NCBI GenBank assembly: GCA_965277805.1
Contig: OZ255842.1
Location: forward strand, 768,001-832,000
Direction of reading: 5' to 3'
Source: Candidatus Lustribacter sp.
GTDB taxonomy: Bacteria > Vulcanimicrobiota > Vulcanimicrobiia > Vulcanimicrobiales > Vulcanimicrobiaceae
DNA: 64,000 nt
Positions within the stretch are counted from its first letter, which is position 1; each line of letters opens with the position of its first letter. Both the position numbers and the translations under genes were made by a program. Shown here in pieces: positions 37,841 through 46,458 of the stretch. The notes under the pieces are model-generated. The model did not search any database. It worked only from the letters and a program-made list of their open reading frames with translations, and had not been told where the DNA came from.

Positions 37841-39133
37841 ATGACATTTAGAACTCCGAAGATCGATGACTTTATCGCTTGGAAGATCAATGGCGGTCAC
37901 ATTGCCGCGCTAACTGCAGCCGCCTACAAAACGGAACTCGAACGCTTTCAAGAATTTTTGAACGAAAAAGAAGAGCAAAAAGCGATTTGGGCTGCTGATA
38001 AGCACGACGTCAGCCAATTCCTTGCACTAAAGCGCCAAACCAACGCGCCAACGACGACGCATCGGATTTTTGCACCGATTAAAGAGTTCTTCAAATATCT
38101 TCAGCACGAGCAACTTAGATCTGATAATCCTACAACGGGAATAAGACTTGCACGGATCGCGCGCCGGAATGACTCGCGGGTCACGTTGGCTCGCGCGGAC
38201 GTGCAGAAACTCTTGAACGCGCCAACGGGACGGTTGGCAGTGCGCGACAGAGCCATTATTCATTGCTTCTGTTCTGGTTTAAAGCGCAATGAAGTCCAGG
38301 CACTTTTGATCGGCGACGTAGACCTCGAAGCACGTAGGCTCAAGGTCGGCAATCGATTTGTGCCGCTTTCGGAACCAGCATGCGTTGCGCTCGCTGCCCA
38401 TTTGCAGGCGCGGCAAGCGAAGAGGTCGGCGATCTTATTCACTGCCGCTGCGAGGCATGCCGCGACTATGGGCTTGCGGCAATTGTGGCACGTCGTAAAA
38501 TCCAACGCGATGCGAGTCGGCCTCGACGAAGAGACAAGCCCGGAAACGCTAAGAACAACCTTTGTCGTCCACGCCATGGAAGATGGCATCACGTTCTTGG
38601 GCCTAATCGATGCTATCGGAACATATAATGATTTTTGGTTGCGCGACCTTTTAGAAGCCGCAAAGCCGGAATTCGCAAAGCGCAGTGCCGATCTTTCCGT
38701 GGGCGCTTTGGCGCATCGTGCTTATGGGCCGGGAAGAGAATATGATTTCTACATCGATCTCGCCTCGGAGATCGCTAAGGCTCAGGCGAACGTCTTCGTT
38801 ATTGATGCCTACATCGATGAAGATTTGTTTAACTTGTACGTTAGCAAGATTCCGGCTACGGCGAAGACACGGGTTTTGTCGATGAAGTTCGACGACAATG
38901 TCGAGAAAGTTGCATCGATGTTCTCAAGTCAACAGCCAATTCAGTTGCGAAAAACCAAGCATATTCACGATAGGCACATATTCATAGATGATCGTGGCTG
39001 GGCAGTTGGACAATCTATCAAAGAGGCGGGGAAGAAGAAGCCCACTTACCTCATTGAACTATCCGAACCTACGTTAAGCGCCGCGAGAGCCGCTTACGAG
39101 AGCCTCTGGAGCGCTGCTACCGTACTCATTTAG
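37841..39133 (+). CDS. XerC/D-like tyrosine recombinase with degenerate active site, fused to a C-terminal PLD-like domain
   Basis: SAM-like N-domain (TAAAYKTELERF...EFFKYL...NP), RDRAI, SPETLRTTF; C-terminal IDAYID and HDRHIFID...GQSIKEAGKK. Confidence 0.8.
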   Translation: MTFRTPKIDDFIAWKINGGHIAALTAAAYKTELERFQEFLNEKEEQKAIWAADKHDVSQFLALKRQTNAPTTTHRIFAPIKEFFKYLQHEQLRSDNPTTGIRLARIARRNDSRVTLARADVQKLLNAPTGRLAVRDRAIIHCFCSGLKRNEVQALLIGDVDLEARRLKVGNRFVPLSEPACVALAAHLQARQAKRSAILFTAAARHAATMGLRQLWHVVKSNAMRVGLDEETSPETLRTTFVVHAMEDGITFLGLIDAIGTYNDFWLRDLLEAAKPEFAKRSADLSVGALAHRAYGPGREYDFYIDLASEIAKAQANVFVIDAYIDEDLFNLYVSKIPATAKTRVLSMKFDDNVEKVASMFSSQQPIQLRKTKHIHDRHIFIDDRGWAVGQSIKEAGKKKPTYLIELSEPTLSAARAAYESLWSAATVLI

Positions 39134-39269
39134 CGCGACATCCTTTATTGTTTTAAGTTGGCTTTACGGGCGCCGGCTCTTAAATCGGTCACGAAAGCGG
39201 TATAGGCTATGCGTCGAAAGTAAATGGCGTCAGGTCCAATTACAACGGGTGAAGAGTTAGGACTGGGAC

Positions 39270-39839
39270 TTGAAAATAAAAAGCGTTATCGCGCGCAAGT
39301 TTAAACGGTTTGCCGACTTGGAGATCGTTGACTTGCCGGAGTCTGCTAGGCTTGTTGTTCTTGCTGGCCCAAATGGCTTCGGAAAGTCATCGCTATTTGA
39401 CGCATTTTTCACTTTCCATCACTTCTCAAGCGCGGGCAATCTCAACCGTGGGGTTCTTTCCGATGAGCGTGTTGTTGCAGTGATTCTCACTGCCTGTGTC
39501 CTGGTGAAGTGTAGCCCGAACGAGGCTCCGGGCCTTCGTTGGGTCAGCGCCATATGCCGTGGCGCGTTTCGGCTTCGTGATCTTCATGAGCACTTTCGCA
39601 GAATCGAGGGTTGTGCGAATCCGAGCCGGCCAGGTGCCCGTGAACACTTCTCGAAAATCCGGTTGCACGATCTGCGTCATACTCACGCGTCCCTCATGGC
39701 GATGGCCGGGCAATCACTTGACGTGATTTCGAAGCGACTCGGACATTCCAACATCGCGATCACGGCCGAGAGGTACCTGTCCGTCTACACCTCGCGAGAT
39801 GAAGCGGCGTCGGAGGCCTTCGCTACCCTCCTACGCTGA
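39270..39839 (+). pseudogene. Chimeric remnant: ABC/SMC-type AAA ATPase N-terminus joined to an integrase catalytic C-terminus
   Basis: MKIKS...FKRF...GPNGFGKSS, then RLHDLRHTHAS...KRLGHSNIAITAERY. Confidence 0.75.
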
Positions 39840-39845
39840 AGGTTC

Positions 39846-39863
39846 TGTGTCAGGAATGTGTCA
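39846..39863 (+). repeat. TGTGTCA-N4-TGTGTCA, candidate integrase arm sites (right)
   Basis: Matches 35690-35707. Confidence 0.7.
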
Positions 39864-39890
39864 TGGAGGCACATTCTCGACACCGTACAT

Positions 39891-39918
39891 AGAAAAAACC
39901 CCGCCGTAGCGAGGTTTT
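39891..39918 (-). terminator. Terminator downstream of the tRNAs
   Basis: Minus strand AAAACCTCGC-TACG-GCGGGGTTTTTT. Confidence 0.75.
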
Positions 39919-39924
39919 GAGATT

Positions 39925-39997
39925 TAGCCCCAACGGGATTCGAACCCGTGTTACCGCCGTGAGAGGGCGACGTCCTAGGCCTCTAGACGATAGGGCC
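39925..39997 (-). tRNA. tRNA-Glu(CTC)
   Basis: GGCCCTA...TCGCC-CT-CTC-AC-GGCGG...GGTTCGAATCCC...TGGGGCTA cloverleaf; CCA not encoded. Confidence 0.95.
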
Positions 39998-40000
39998 GTT

Positions 40001-40669
40001 TTAAGCTCCCGGTGATGGACTCGAACCACCATAGGCAGAATCAGAACCTGCAGTCCTACCGTTAGACGAACCGGGATCACCATTCGATTTTCGAAGATTT
40101 CTGGCGGCGAAGGTATCAGTTTGACTGTGACAGTTGGGACAGAGCATCCGAAGATTCTCCAGCCGATGGTCGTCACGCACACCGTTGACGTGGTCGATTT
40201 GGATGCTCAGCGGGCGGCCCCTCCATTCACTAAGACCGCACCAGTCGCAACGGTTTACGATTATACCAGCTTTGAGCAAGCGGCGTTTGATGGTTAGCCG
40301 GCTCGTTGAAGTAGCGACGGCCTCCTCGGCCGTCCAGACCTTCGTCGGCTTGGGAACGATGCGTCCAGCCTTCACCGCTTTGGTCCATGAAGCGGATGAG
40401 AAGCCGAAACGGCTCCGGCACTCCCGATAGCTCGCGCCCCGGTAGTAACAAGACTGGATCTCGCCCCAGTCATATCGCCGCCTTGCCGCTTCGGAGAGTG
40501 CAGAGGGCGTCGCGACGACGATGTCGCCAAGCGCGATGGCCTTCTTCCACGTAGCGTGTGCTATCCCGAATCGCCTGTGGCAGCTGAGATAGCCATTCCC
40601 GTCGTCGATATACGCCTGCATCGCCTCCCAGTCGAAAAACTTGCGGCCATATTTCCCGTGCCTTCTCAT
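40001..40669 (-). CDS. HNH endonuclease with duplicated N-terminal helical repeat; 3' end overlaps tRNA-Gln
   Basis: CDWC...IQIDHVNGVRDDHRLENLRMLCPNCHSQT; stop TAA lies 3' of tRNA-Gln. Confidence 0.88.
   Translation of the reverse strand: MRRHGKYGRKFFDWEAMQAYIDDGNGYLSCHRRFGIAHATWKKAIALGDIVVATPSALSEAARRRYDWGEIQSCYYRGASYRECRSRFGFSSASWTKAVKAGRIVPKPTKVWTAEEAVATSTSRLTIKRRLLKAGIIVNRCDWCGLSEWRGRPLSIQIDHVNGVRDDHRLENLRMLCPNCHSQTDTFAARNLRKSNGDPGSSNGRTAGSDSAYGGSSPSPGA
40006..40076 (-). tRNA. tRNA-Gln(CTG)
   Basis: TCCCGGT...GCAGG-TT-CTG-AT-TCTGC...GGTTCGAGTCC...ACCGGGAG cloverleaf. Confidence 0.93.
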
Positions 40670-40683
40670 CGAACATATGTTCG
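40670..40683. promoter_or_regulatory. LexA (SOS) box, GAAC-N4-GTTC type
   Basis: Perfect palindrome CGAACATATGTTCG abutting the HNH ATG. Confidence 0.75.
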
Positions 40684-40690
40684 CATTAAG

Positions 40691-40719
40691 TTGTTACCAG
40701 CTTATTGCCGCAGTGTAAA
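40691..40719 (-). promoter_or_regulatory. Candidate sigma70 promoter of the HNH-tRNA unit
   Basis: Minus strand TTTACA-17 bp-TAACAA with TG extension. Confidence 0.45.
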
Positions 40720-40796
40720 GTTCGCCCGAGGCGGTATGATAGGGAGCCGGTGGGTGTGTGCCCGCCGCGGTCTTTCCGTAAGAGGAGTCGTTTTCG

Positions 40797-41864
40797 GTGC
40801 AGGCAGTCGTGCTGGTCGGTGGTGAGGGGACGCGTCTGCGCCCGCTAACGCTCGAGACCCCCAAACCCATGATCCCCGTCATGAACGTGCCCTTCCTCGA
40901 ACGCACGCTCGTGCGCCTCAAAGAGGCCGGTATCGACGACGTCATCCTCCCCGCCGGCTACCTGCCCGAGGCCATCACGAGCGCCTTCGGCGACGGCAGC
41001 CGCCTCGGCATGAGGGTCCGCTACGTGATCGAGGAGACGCCCCTCGGGACGGCCGGCGCACTCAAGAACGTCGAGCAGTACATCACCGGCCCGTTCTTCG
41101 TGCTCAACGGCGACGTCCTCACGAGCCTCGACCTGCGCGCCATGCTCGCCAACCACCAAGCTAAGGGCGGCGTCGCGAGCCTGCACCTCATTAAGGTCGA
41201 CGACCCGTCGGCCTTCGGCTGCGTCGTCCACGACGCTGACGGCCGCATCAGCGCCTTCGTCGAGAAGCCCAAGCGTGAAGACGCTCCGACGAACGAAGTC
41301 AACGCCGGCACCTACCTTCTTGAGAAGGCAGTCCTCGACGCGATCCCCGCCGGCCGCCCCGTCTCGATCGAGCGCGAAACGTTCCCCGAACTCATCGCGG
41401 CCGGCCAACGGCTCTACGCTTACACCACCGCCGATTACTGGATCGATTTAGGGAAGCCCGAGGCCTATCTCGGCGCTCACCGCGACATTTTCGACGGCAG
41501 AATGCCGCTCGGGCTGCAACCCGGGGTGAACGGGCCGGGTGCTAAGGGAGTACCTTCCTCCGCCATCATCCCGCCGGTCTTCGTCGGTCGCAACGTCCGC
41601 GTTGCCCCGGATGCGAAAATCGGACCATATACGGTTCTCGGTGACGATTGCGAGGTTGGCTCTGGTGCCGTGGTCGCCGACTCGCTCCTCTGGGATAACG
41701 TCGTCGTCGAAGCCGGTGCCAGCCTGGATTGGGCGATCGTCGCCAGCCGGGCGCACATCGGCGCGGGAGCCGTTGTCGGCCGAGGTTCGGTCATCGGTCA
41801 CGGAGCGGACATCGCTCCAAACGCAGCGGTCGGCGAAAACGCCCGCATCCCCGCCCCGGCCTAA
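40797..41864 (+). CDS. NDP-sugar pyrophosphorylase (mannose-1-phosphate guanylyltransferase-like)
   Basis: LVGGEGTRLRPLT...PKP, LNGD, VEKP, C-terminal hexapeptide repeats. Confidence 0.9.
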   Translation: MQAVVLVGGEGTRLRPLTLETPKPMIPVMNVPFLERTLVRLKEAGIDDVILPAGYLPEAITSAFGDGSRLGMRVRYVIEETPLGTAGALKNVEQYITGPFFVLNGDVLTSLDLRAMLANHQAKGGVASLHLIKVDDPSAFGCVVHDADGRISAFVEKPKREDAPTNEVNAGTYLLEKAVLDAIPAGRPVSIERETFPELIAAGQRLYAYTTADYWIDLGKPEAYLGAHRDIFDGRMPLGLQPGVNGPGAKGVPSSAIIPPVFVGRNVRVAPDAKIGPYTVLGDDCEVGSGAVVADSLLWDNVVVEAGASLDWAIVASRAHIGAGAVVGRGSVIGHGADIAPNAAVGENARIPAPA

Positions 41865-42003
41865 AAAGGTCGTTTGCGTCACTATCCGGCGGGGTACCAC
41901 ATAACCAGACGATATCCACACGGTTGCCCTCTCTAAGACCCAGGTAGCGAGGGCGCTCTTTCACATTAGCCGGTCGTACCGGCCGCCACAGGGGGAACCT
42001 CGC

Positions 42004-43176
42004 GTGAACGCTCCTCGGATGCTCTTCCTCGGTTCGTATCCGCCCCGCGAATGCGGAATCGCCACGTTCACCAAAGACGTCGTCGATAGTTACGATCAGC
42101 GGTACGGCCTCCGAAGTGAGATCATCTCGATCGAAGAACCCGGCGCGCCGGAGCGCGAATATCCCGCCACCGTCGTGGCGAGCCTGCAGCAAGACGATCG
42201 CGGCACCTACGGCGCGGTCGCGGAATTCGTCAACACGCATGCGTGCGAAGCGCTGAACGTGCAGCACGAGTACGGTCTTTTCGGCGGCGAGGACGGCGAG
42301 TGGATCGTCGATCTCATCGCACTCGTTCGCAAACCGGTCATCGTGTCGTTGCACACCGTGCTGCCGGAACCGACGCCCAATCATTTGCGCGTAACGCGCA
42401 CGATTTGCGCAACCGCCAGCGGCGTCGTCGTCCTCTCCGCCACCGGCAAAGACATCCTCATCGATCGCTACGGCATCGATCCGAACAAGGTCAGCGTGAT
42501 CCATCACGGCGTGCCCGATGTTCCGTTCCGCGATACCGAAGCGGCGAAAGCATCGCTCGGATTACAGAACCGTCAAGTCGTGTCGACGTTCGGTTTGATC
42601 AATCGCGGCAAGGGTCTCGAGTACGCGATCGAAGCGATGCGCGATGTCGCAACCGCGCATCCCGAAGCGCTCTACTTGATTCTCGGGCAAACGCATCCGG
42701 TCGTGCGCCGGCATGAAGGCGAGATCTATCGCGAGTCGCTGGAAAAGCTGGTCGCGGAATACGGCCTGGCCGACAACGTCCGGCTCGTCGATCGCTATCT
42801 TGGCTTCGACGAGCTCGTGCAGTATCTGCAGGCCACCGACATCTACCTCACGCCCTACCTGAACCCGGTGCAGATTGTCAGCGGCACGCTCGCGTATGCG
42901 ATCGGCCTCGGCAAGGCCGTCGTCTCGACGCCCTATCTGTACGCGGAAGAGCTGCTGGCGCACGGGCGCGGGTTTCTCGTACAGTTCCGCGACGCGCTCT
43001 CGATCGCGAGCACGATGAACGCGCTCTTCGAGGACCGCGATCTGCGCGCGAGCACCGAGCGCCGCGCCTACCGCTTCGGGCGGCAGATGACCTGGCCGCA
43101 CGTCGCGCAAGAATACGGGCGCTTGTTCACCGCGCTGCTGCCCGGCCGCCGTCTGGCGCTGGCCACGTCAGCCTAA
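42004..43176 (+). CDS. Glycosyltransferase family 4
   Basis: YPPRECGIATF, QHEYGLFGG, GKGLE, QIVSGTLAYA. Confidence 0.9.
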   Translation: MNAPRMLFLGSYPPRECGIATFTKDVVDSYDQRYGLRSEIISIEEPGAPEREYPATVVASLQQDDRGTYGAVAEFVNTHACEALNVQHEYGLFGGEDGEWIVDLIALVRKPVIVSLHTVLPEPTPNHLRVTRTICATASGVVVLSATGKDILIDRYGIDPNKVSVIHHGVPDVPFRDTEAAKASLGLQNRQVVSTFGLINRGKGLEYAIEAMRDVATAHPEALYLILGQTHPVVRRHEGEIYRESLEKLVAEYGLADNVRLVDRYLGFDELVQYLQATDIYLTPYLNPVQIVSGTLAYAIGLGKAVVSTPYLYAEELLAHGRGFLVQFRDALSIASTMNALFEDRDLRASTERRAYRFGRQMTWPHVAQEYGRLFTALLPGRRLALATSA

Positions 43177-43181
43177 CGGGA

Positions 43182-44234
43182 ATGCCCACCGCTCGCCGGC
43201 CGGTCCTCGACCATCTGGTCACGATGACCGACGACGTCGGCATGTTCCAGCACGCGCGCTTCGACGTCCCGAACCGCTCGTTCGGCTATTGCACCGACGA
43301 CGTGTCCCGCGCGCTGATGGTCGCGGTCGAAGCGACGCGCGACCGTGCGACCGAGCAGATCGGCGCGAAGCTCGTCACCACCTACCTCGCGTTTCTGCTC
43401 GACGCGCAGCTGCCCGACGGCTGGTTCCACAATTTCATGGGCTACGACCGCCGCTGGCAAGATCAGCGCGGCACCCACGACTCGCTCGGCCGCGCCGTTT
43501 GGGGCCTCGGTCACTGCATCGCGCGCGCGCCGCGCGACGCCTGGCGCCGCGTCGCGCGCGAGCTCTTCGACGCCGCGCTGCCGCACGTCGCCGGGCTGCC
43601 GCATCTGCGCTCGCGGGCGTACGCCGCACTCGGCCTCGTAGCCGTGGCGAGCGCCGAACCGGGCGACGCGCAGATCACCGCGGCCTTGCGCGCGGCGGTC
43701 ACGCCGATCGCGAACGCGTATCACGCTCAGGCGTCGCCCGACTGGCGCTGGTGCGAAGAGACGATGACCTACGACAACGCGCGGCTCTGCGAGGCGCTGA
43801 TCCGGGCGGCCGTGGTGCTCGGCGATCACGCGCTGCTGCGCACCGGCCTCTCGATGCTCGACTTCTACGCGCACATCGTCGTCGAAGACGGCATGTTCGT
43901 GCCGATCGGCAACGACGGCTGGTATCCGCGCGGCGGCGAACGCGCGCGCTTCGGTCAGCAACCGTTGGAAGCTGCCGCACTGGTCGCAGCGGCGCTCGCG
44001 GCGTGCGATGCAACCGGCGACTCGCGCTACCGCGATCTCGCCACGGTGGCCGGCGATTGGTACTTCGGCCGCAACACGCACGGGTTTCTCATGGTCACCA
44101 ACGGCGGCTGCCGCGACGGCATCGACCGCAACGGCGTCAGCCCGAACATGGGCGCCGAGTCGACGCTGGCGTATCTCATGAGCGCGCTCGCGCTCGCCGC
44201 CTCGCAACAACAACCCCTGCGCATCGCGCGCTAG
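43182..44234 (+). CDS. (alpha/alpha) toroid glycoside-hydrolase-like partner of the GT4
   Basis: GMFQHA...GYCTDD, YDNARL, FGQQPLE, GCRDG, NMGAEST. Confidence 0.75.
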   Translation: MPTARRPVLDHLVTMTDDVGMFQHARFDVPNRSFGYCTDDVSRALMVAVEATRDRATEQIGAKLVTTYLAFLLDAQLPDGWFHNFMGYDRRWQDQRGTHDSLGRAVWGLGHCIARAPRDAWRRVARELFDAALPHVAGLPHLRSRAYAALGLVAVASAEPGDAQITAALRAAVTPIANAYHAQASPDWRWCEETMTYDNARLCEALIRAAVVLGDHALLRTGLSMLDFYAHIVVEDGMFVPIGNDGWYPRGGERARFGQQPLEAAALVAAALAACDATGDSRYRDLATVAGDWYFGRNTHGFLMVTNGGCRDGIDRNGVSPNMGAESTLAYLMSALALAASQQQPLRIAR

Positions 44235-44283
44235 TGGAGTGATCGCCTAGGCGAGTGTAGCTCGCGCGGCGAAATTTGTAGGG

Positions 44284-46458
44284 ATGATCGTTGCGTCCGA
44301 GCATCTGAACGATGTTCAACGAGCTGCCGTCGAGTATACGGACGGCCCGTGCCTCATTTTCGCCGGAGCCGGCTCCGGCAAGACGCGCGTGCTCACGCAT
44401 CGCATCGCCTACCTGCTCGAGAAAAAGCGCGTCGCGCCGTGGAATATTCTGGCCGTCACCTTCACGAATAAGGCCGCGGGCGAAATGAAGACGCGTCTGC
44501 AGGAGATGGTCGGCGACGACGCGCGCGACCTGTGGGTCGGGACGTTCCATGCGATGTGCGTGCGCATTTTGCGGCGCGACGGCGCGGCGATCGGCGTCGG
44601 CCGCGGTTTCACGATCATGGATGCCACCGACCAGCGCGCGATCGTGCGCGACATCCTGCACGATCTGGATATCGACGAACGTCAGGTCTCGCCCGGCGGC
44701 GCGCTGGCCGAGATCTCGAAGGCCAAGAACAACCTCTGGCCCCCCGATGAGTACGAAGAGCGCCATCCCTCCTATATCGGCGAACGTTATGCGTCGATCT
44801 ACCGCGAGTACGAGCGCCGCCTCGCCGAGTCCAACGGCCTCGACTTCGACGATCTGATCATGCGCACGATCCACTTGCTGGAACGTGACGAAACCGCCCG
44901 CAACTATTATCAAAATAAGTTCCGCTACGTGCTGGTCGATGAGTACCAGGACGTCAACTTCGCGCAGTACCGGCTGGTCGCGCTCTTTGCGGGCCTGCAC
45001 AAGAACCTCACCGTCGTCGGCGATGACGATCAGTCGATCTACTCGTGGCGCGGCAGCGACTATCGCATGATCCTGCGCTTCGAGGAAGACTTTCCGGGCG
45101 CAAAGATCTTCAAGCTCGAAGAGAACTACCGCTCGACCCAAACGATCCTCGCGGCCGCGAACGAGCTCGTGGTCAACAACGCGAACCGCTCGAACAAGAC
45201 GCTGTTCACGAACCGCAAAGCCGGCGAACCGGTCACCGCGTATCAGGCCGACTCCGACCGCGAAGAAGCGCGCTATGTGCTCGACACGATCCGCAAGCAC
45301 ACGCAAGAGGACGCGTCGTTCAACGACATCCTCGTCCTCTACCGCACCAACGCGCAATCGCGCGTCATCGAAGAGGCGCTGCTGGCGCAGGGCATTCCCT
45401 ATCGCGTCGTAGGCGGCGTCGGCTTCTACGCGCGGGCGGAAGTCAAGGACATGCTCGCCTACCTGCGTTACATCCTCAACCCTTCGGATGCGGTCGCGTT
45501 CCGGCGCATCATCAACGTGCCGCGCCGCTCGATCGGCACGCAGACCGTCAACCAGCTCGACGCCGCCGCGACCAAGGCCGGCATCCCGATCGGCGAAACG
45601 GTGTTCGATGCGGACTTGCTCAAACGCGTGGCGCCGAAGAAGCAGCGCGAACTCGAGCGCTTCGCCGCGCTGATCAAGGATCTGCGCGAGAAAGCGCAGG
45701 TGTTCCCGATTTCGGATTTGCTGATCGCGGTGATGGAAGAGTCCGGCTACCTGCGCGAGATGCAGGCCGACGAAACGAACGAGGGGCGCGCGCGCGTCGA
45801 GAACCTCGAAGAGCTGGTCAGCGTGGCCAAAGAGTTCGAGACGAATCCCGACACCACGTCGACGCTCGAAGACTTCCTCGCCAACATCGCGCTGGTGAGC
45901 GATCTCGACACGCTCGATGAGGGCACGTCGTACGTTACGCTGATGACCTTGCACGGCGCCAAGGGCCTCGAGTATCCGATCGTGTTTCTCACCGGTCTCG
46001 AAGAGGGCGTGTTTCCGCACGTGCGCGCGCAGACCGACGAGACCGAACTCGAAGAGGAGCGGCGCCTCGCGTACGTCGGCATGACGCGCGCGATGGACCA
46101 CATCTACCTCTCATACGCGTCGCGGCGCATGCTCTTCGGCAACATCCAGGCCCACCCGCGCTCGCGTTTCATCGGCGAAATGCGATCGGTCAAGATCATC
46201 GGCAAACCGGTCGACGAAGCCGTTCGCTCGGACCGCCCGGCAAGGGGGCGCTGGTCGGATGTTGCCATTCACGAGAACGCGGGTGCTAGCGTCGGGGTAC
46301 ATTTTGAGCGGGGCGACGCCGTCCGGCACAAAGTCTGGGGTCAGGGCGTCGTTTTCGCGGCTGAAACGGGTGGCGGAGACGGCCTGCTGACGGTTGATTT
46401 CCCCAGCGTCGGACGCAAGATGGTGATGTTGAAATACGCGCCGCTCGAGAAGGTCTAG
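44284..46458 (+). CDS. pcrA: ATP-dependent DNA helicase PcrA/UvrD, copy 1 (canonical)
   Basis: AGAGSGKT, TFTNKAA, DEYQD, GDDDQSIYSWRG, ENYRS, TLHGAKGLE, EERRLAYVGMTRA. Confidence 0.95.
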   Translation: MIVASEHLNDVQRAAVEYTDGPCLIFAGAGSGKTRVLTHRIAYLLEKKRVAPWNILAVTFTNKAAGEMKTRLQEMVGDDARDLWVGTFHAMCVRILRRDGAAIGVGRGFTIMDATDQRAIVRDILHDLDIDERQVSPGGALAEISKAKNNLWPPDEYEERHPSYIGERYASIYREYERRLAESNGLDFDDLIMRTIHLLERDETARNYYQNKFRYVLVDEYQDVNFAQYRLVALFAGLHKNLTVVGDDDQSIYSWRGSDYRMILRFEEDFPGAKIFKLEENYRSTQTILAAANELVVNNANRSNKTLFTNRKAGEPVTAYQADSDREEARYVLDTIRKHTQEDASFNDILVLYRTNAQSRVIEEALLAQGIPYRVVGGVGFYARAEVKDMLAYLRYILNPSDAVAFRRIINVPRRSIGTQTVNQLDAAATKAGIPIGETVFDADLLKRVAPKKQRELERFAALIKDLREKAQVFPISDLLIAVMEESGYLREMQADETNEGRARVENLEELVSVAKEFETNPDTTSTLEDFLANIALVSDLDTLDEGTSYVTLMTLHGAKGLEYPIVFLTGLEEGVFPHVRAQTDETELEEERRLAYVGMTRAMDHIYLSYASRRMLFGNIQAHPRSRFIGEMRSVKIIGKPVDEAVRSDRPARGRWSDVAIHENAGASVGVHFERGDAVRHKVWGQGVVFAAETGGGDGLLTVDFPSVGRKMVMLKYAPLEKV

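Larger units (their letters stand above)
35553..39946. mobile_element. Decayed genomic island integrated at tRNA-Glu
   Basis: 20-bp att repeats, paired TGTGTCA sites at both ends, integrase remnant next to the tRNA, visibly lower GC. Confidence 0.85.

Noticed and set aside
37256-37890. Short ORFs (37256-37558, 37508-37825) in the island spacer
   Set aside because: No motifs, mutually overlapping, likely spurious
41865-42003. Possible structured leader RNA before the GT4
   Set aside because: Only a short GCCCTC/GAGGGC stem; no recognisable riboswitch
44306-44318. TGAAC-GAT-GTTCA palindrome at the start of pcrA copy 1 as an SOS box
   Set aside because: 3-nt spacer instead of 4, and explained by coding sequence (LNDVQ) shared with copy 2
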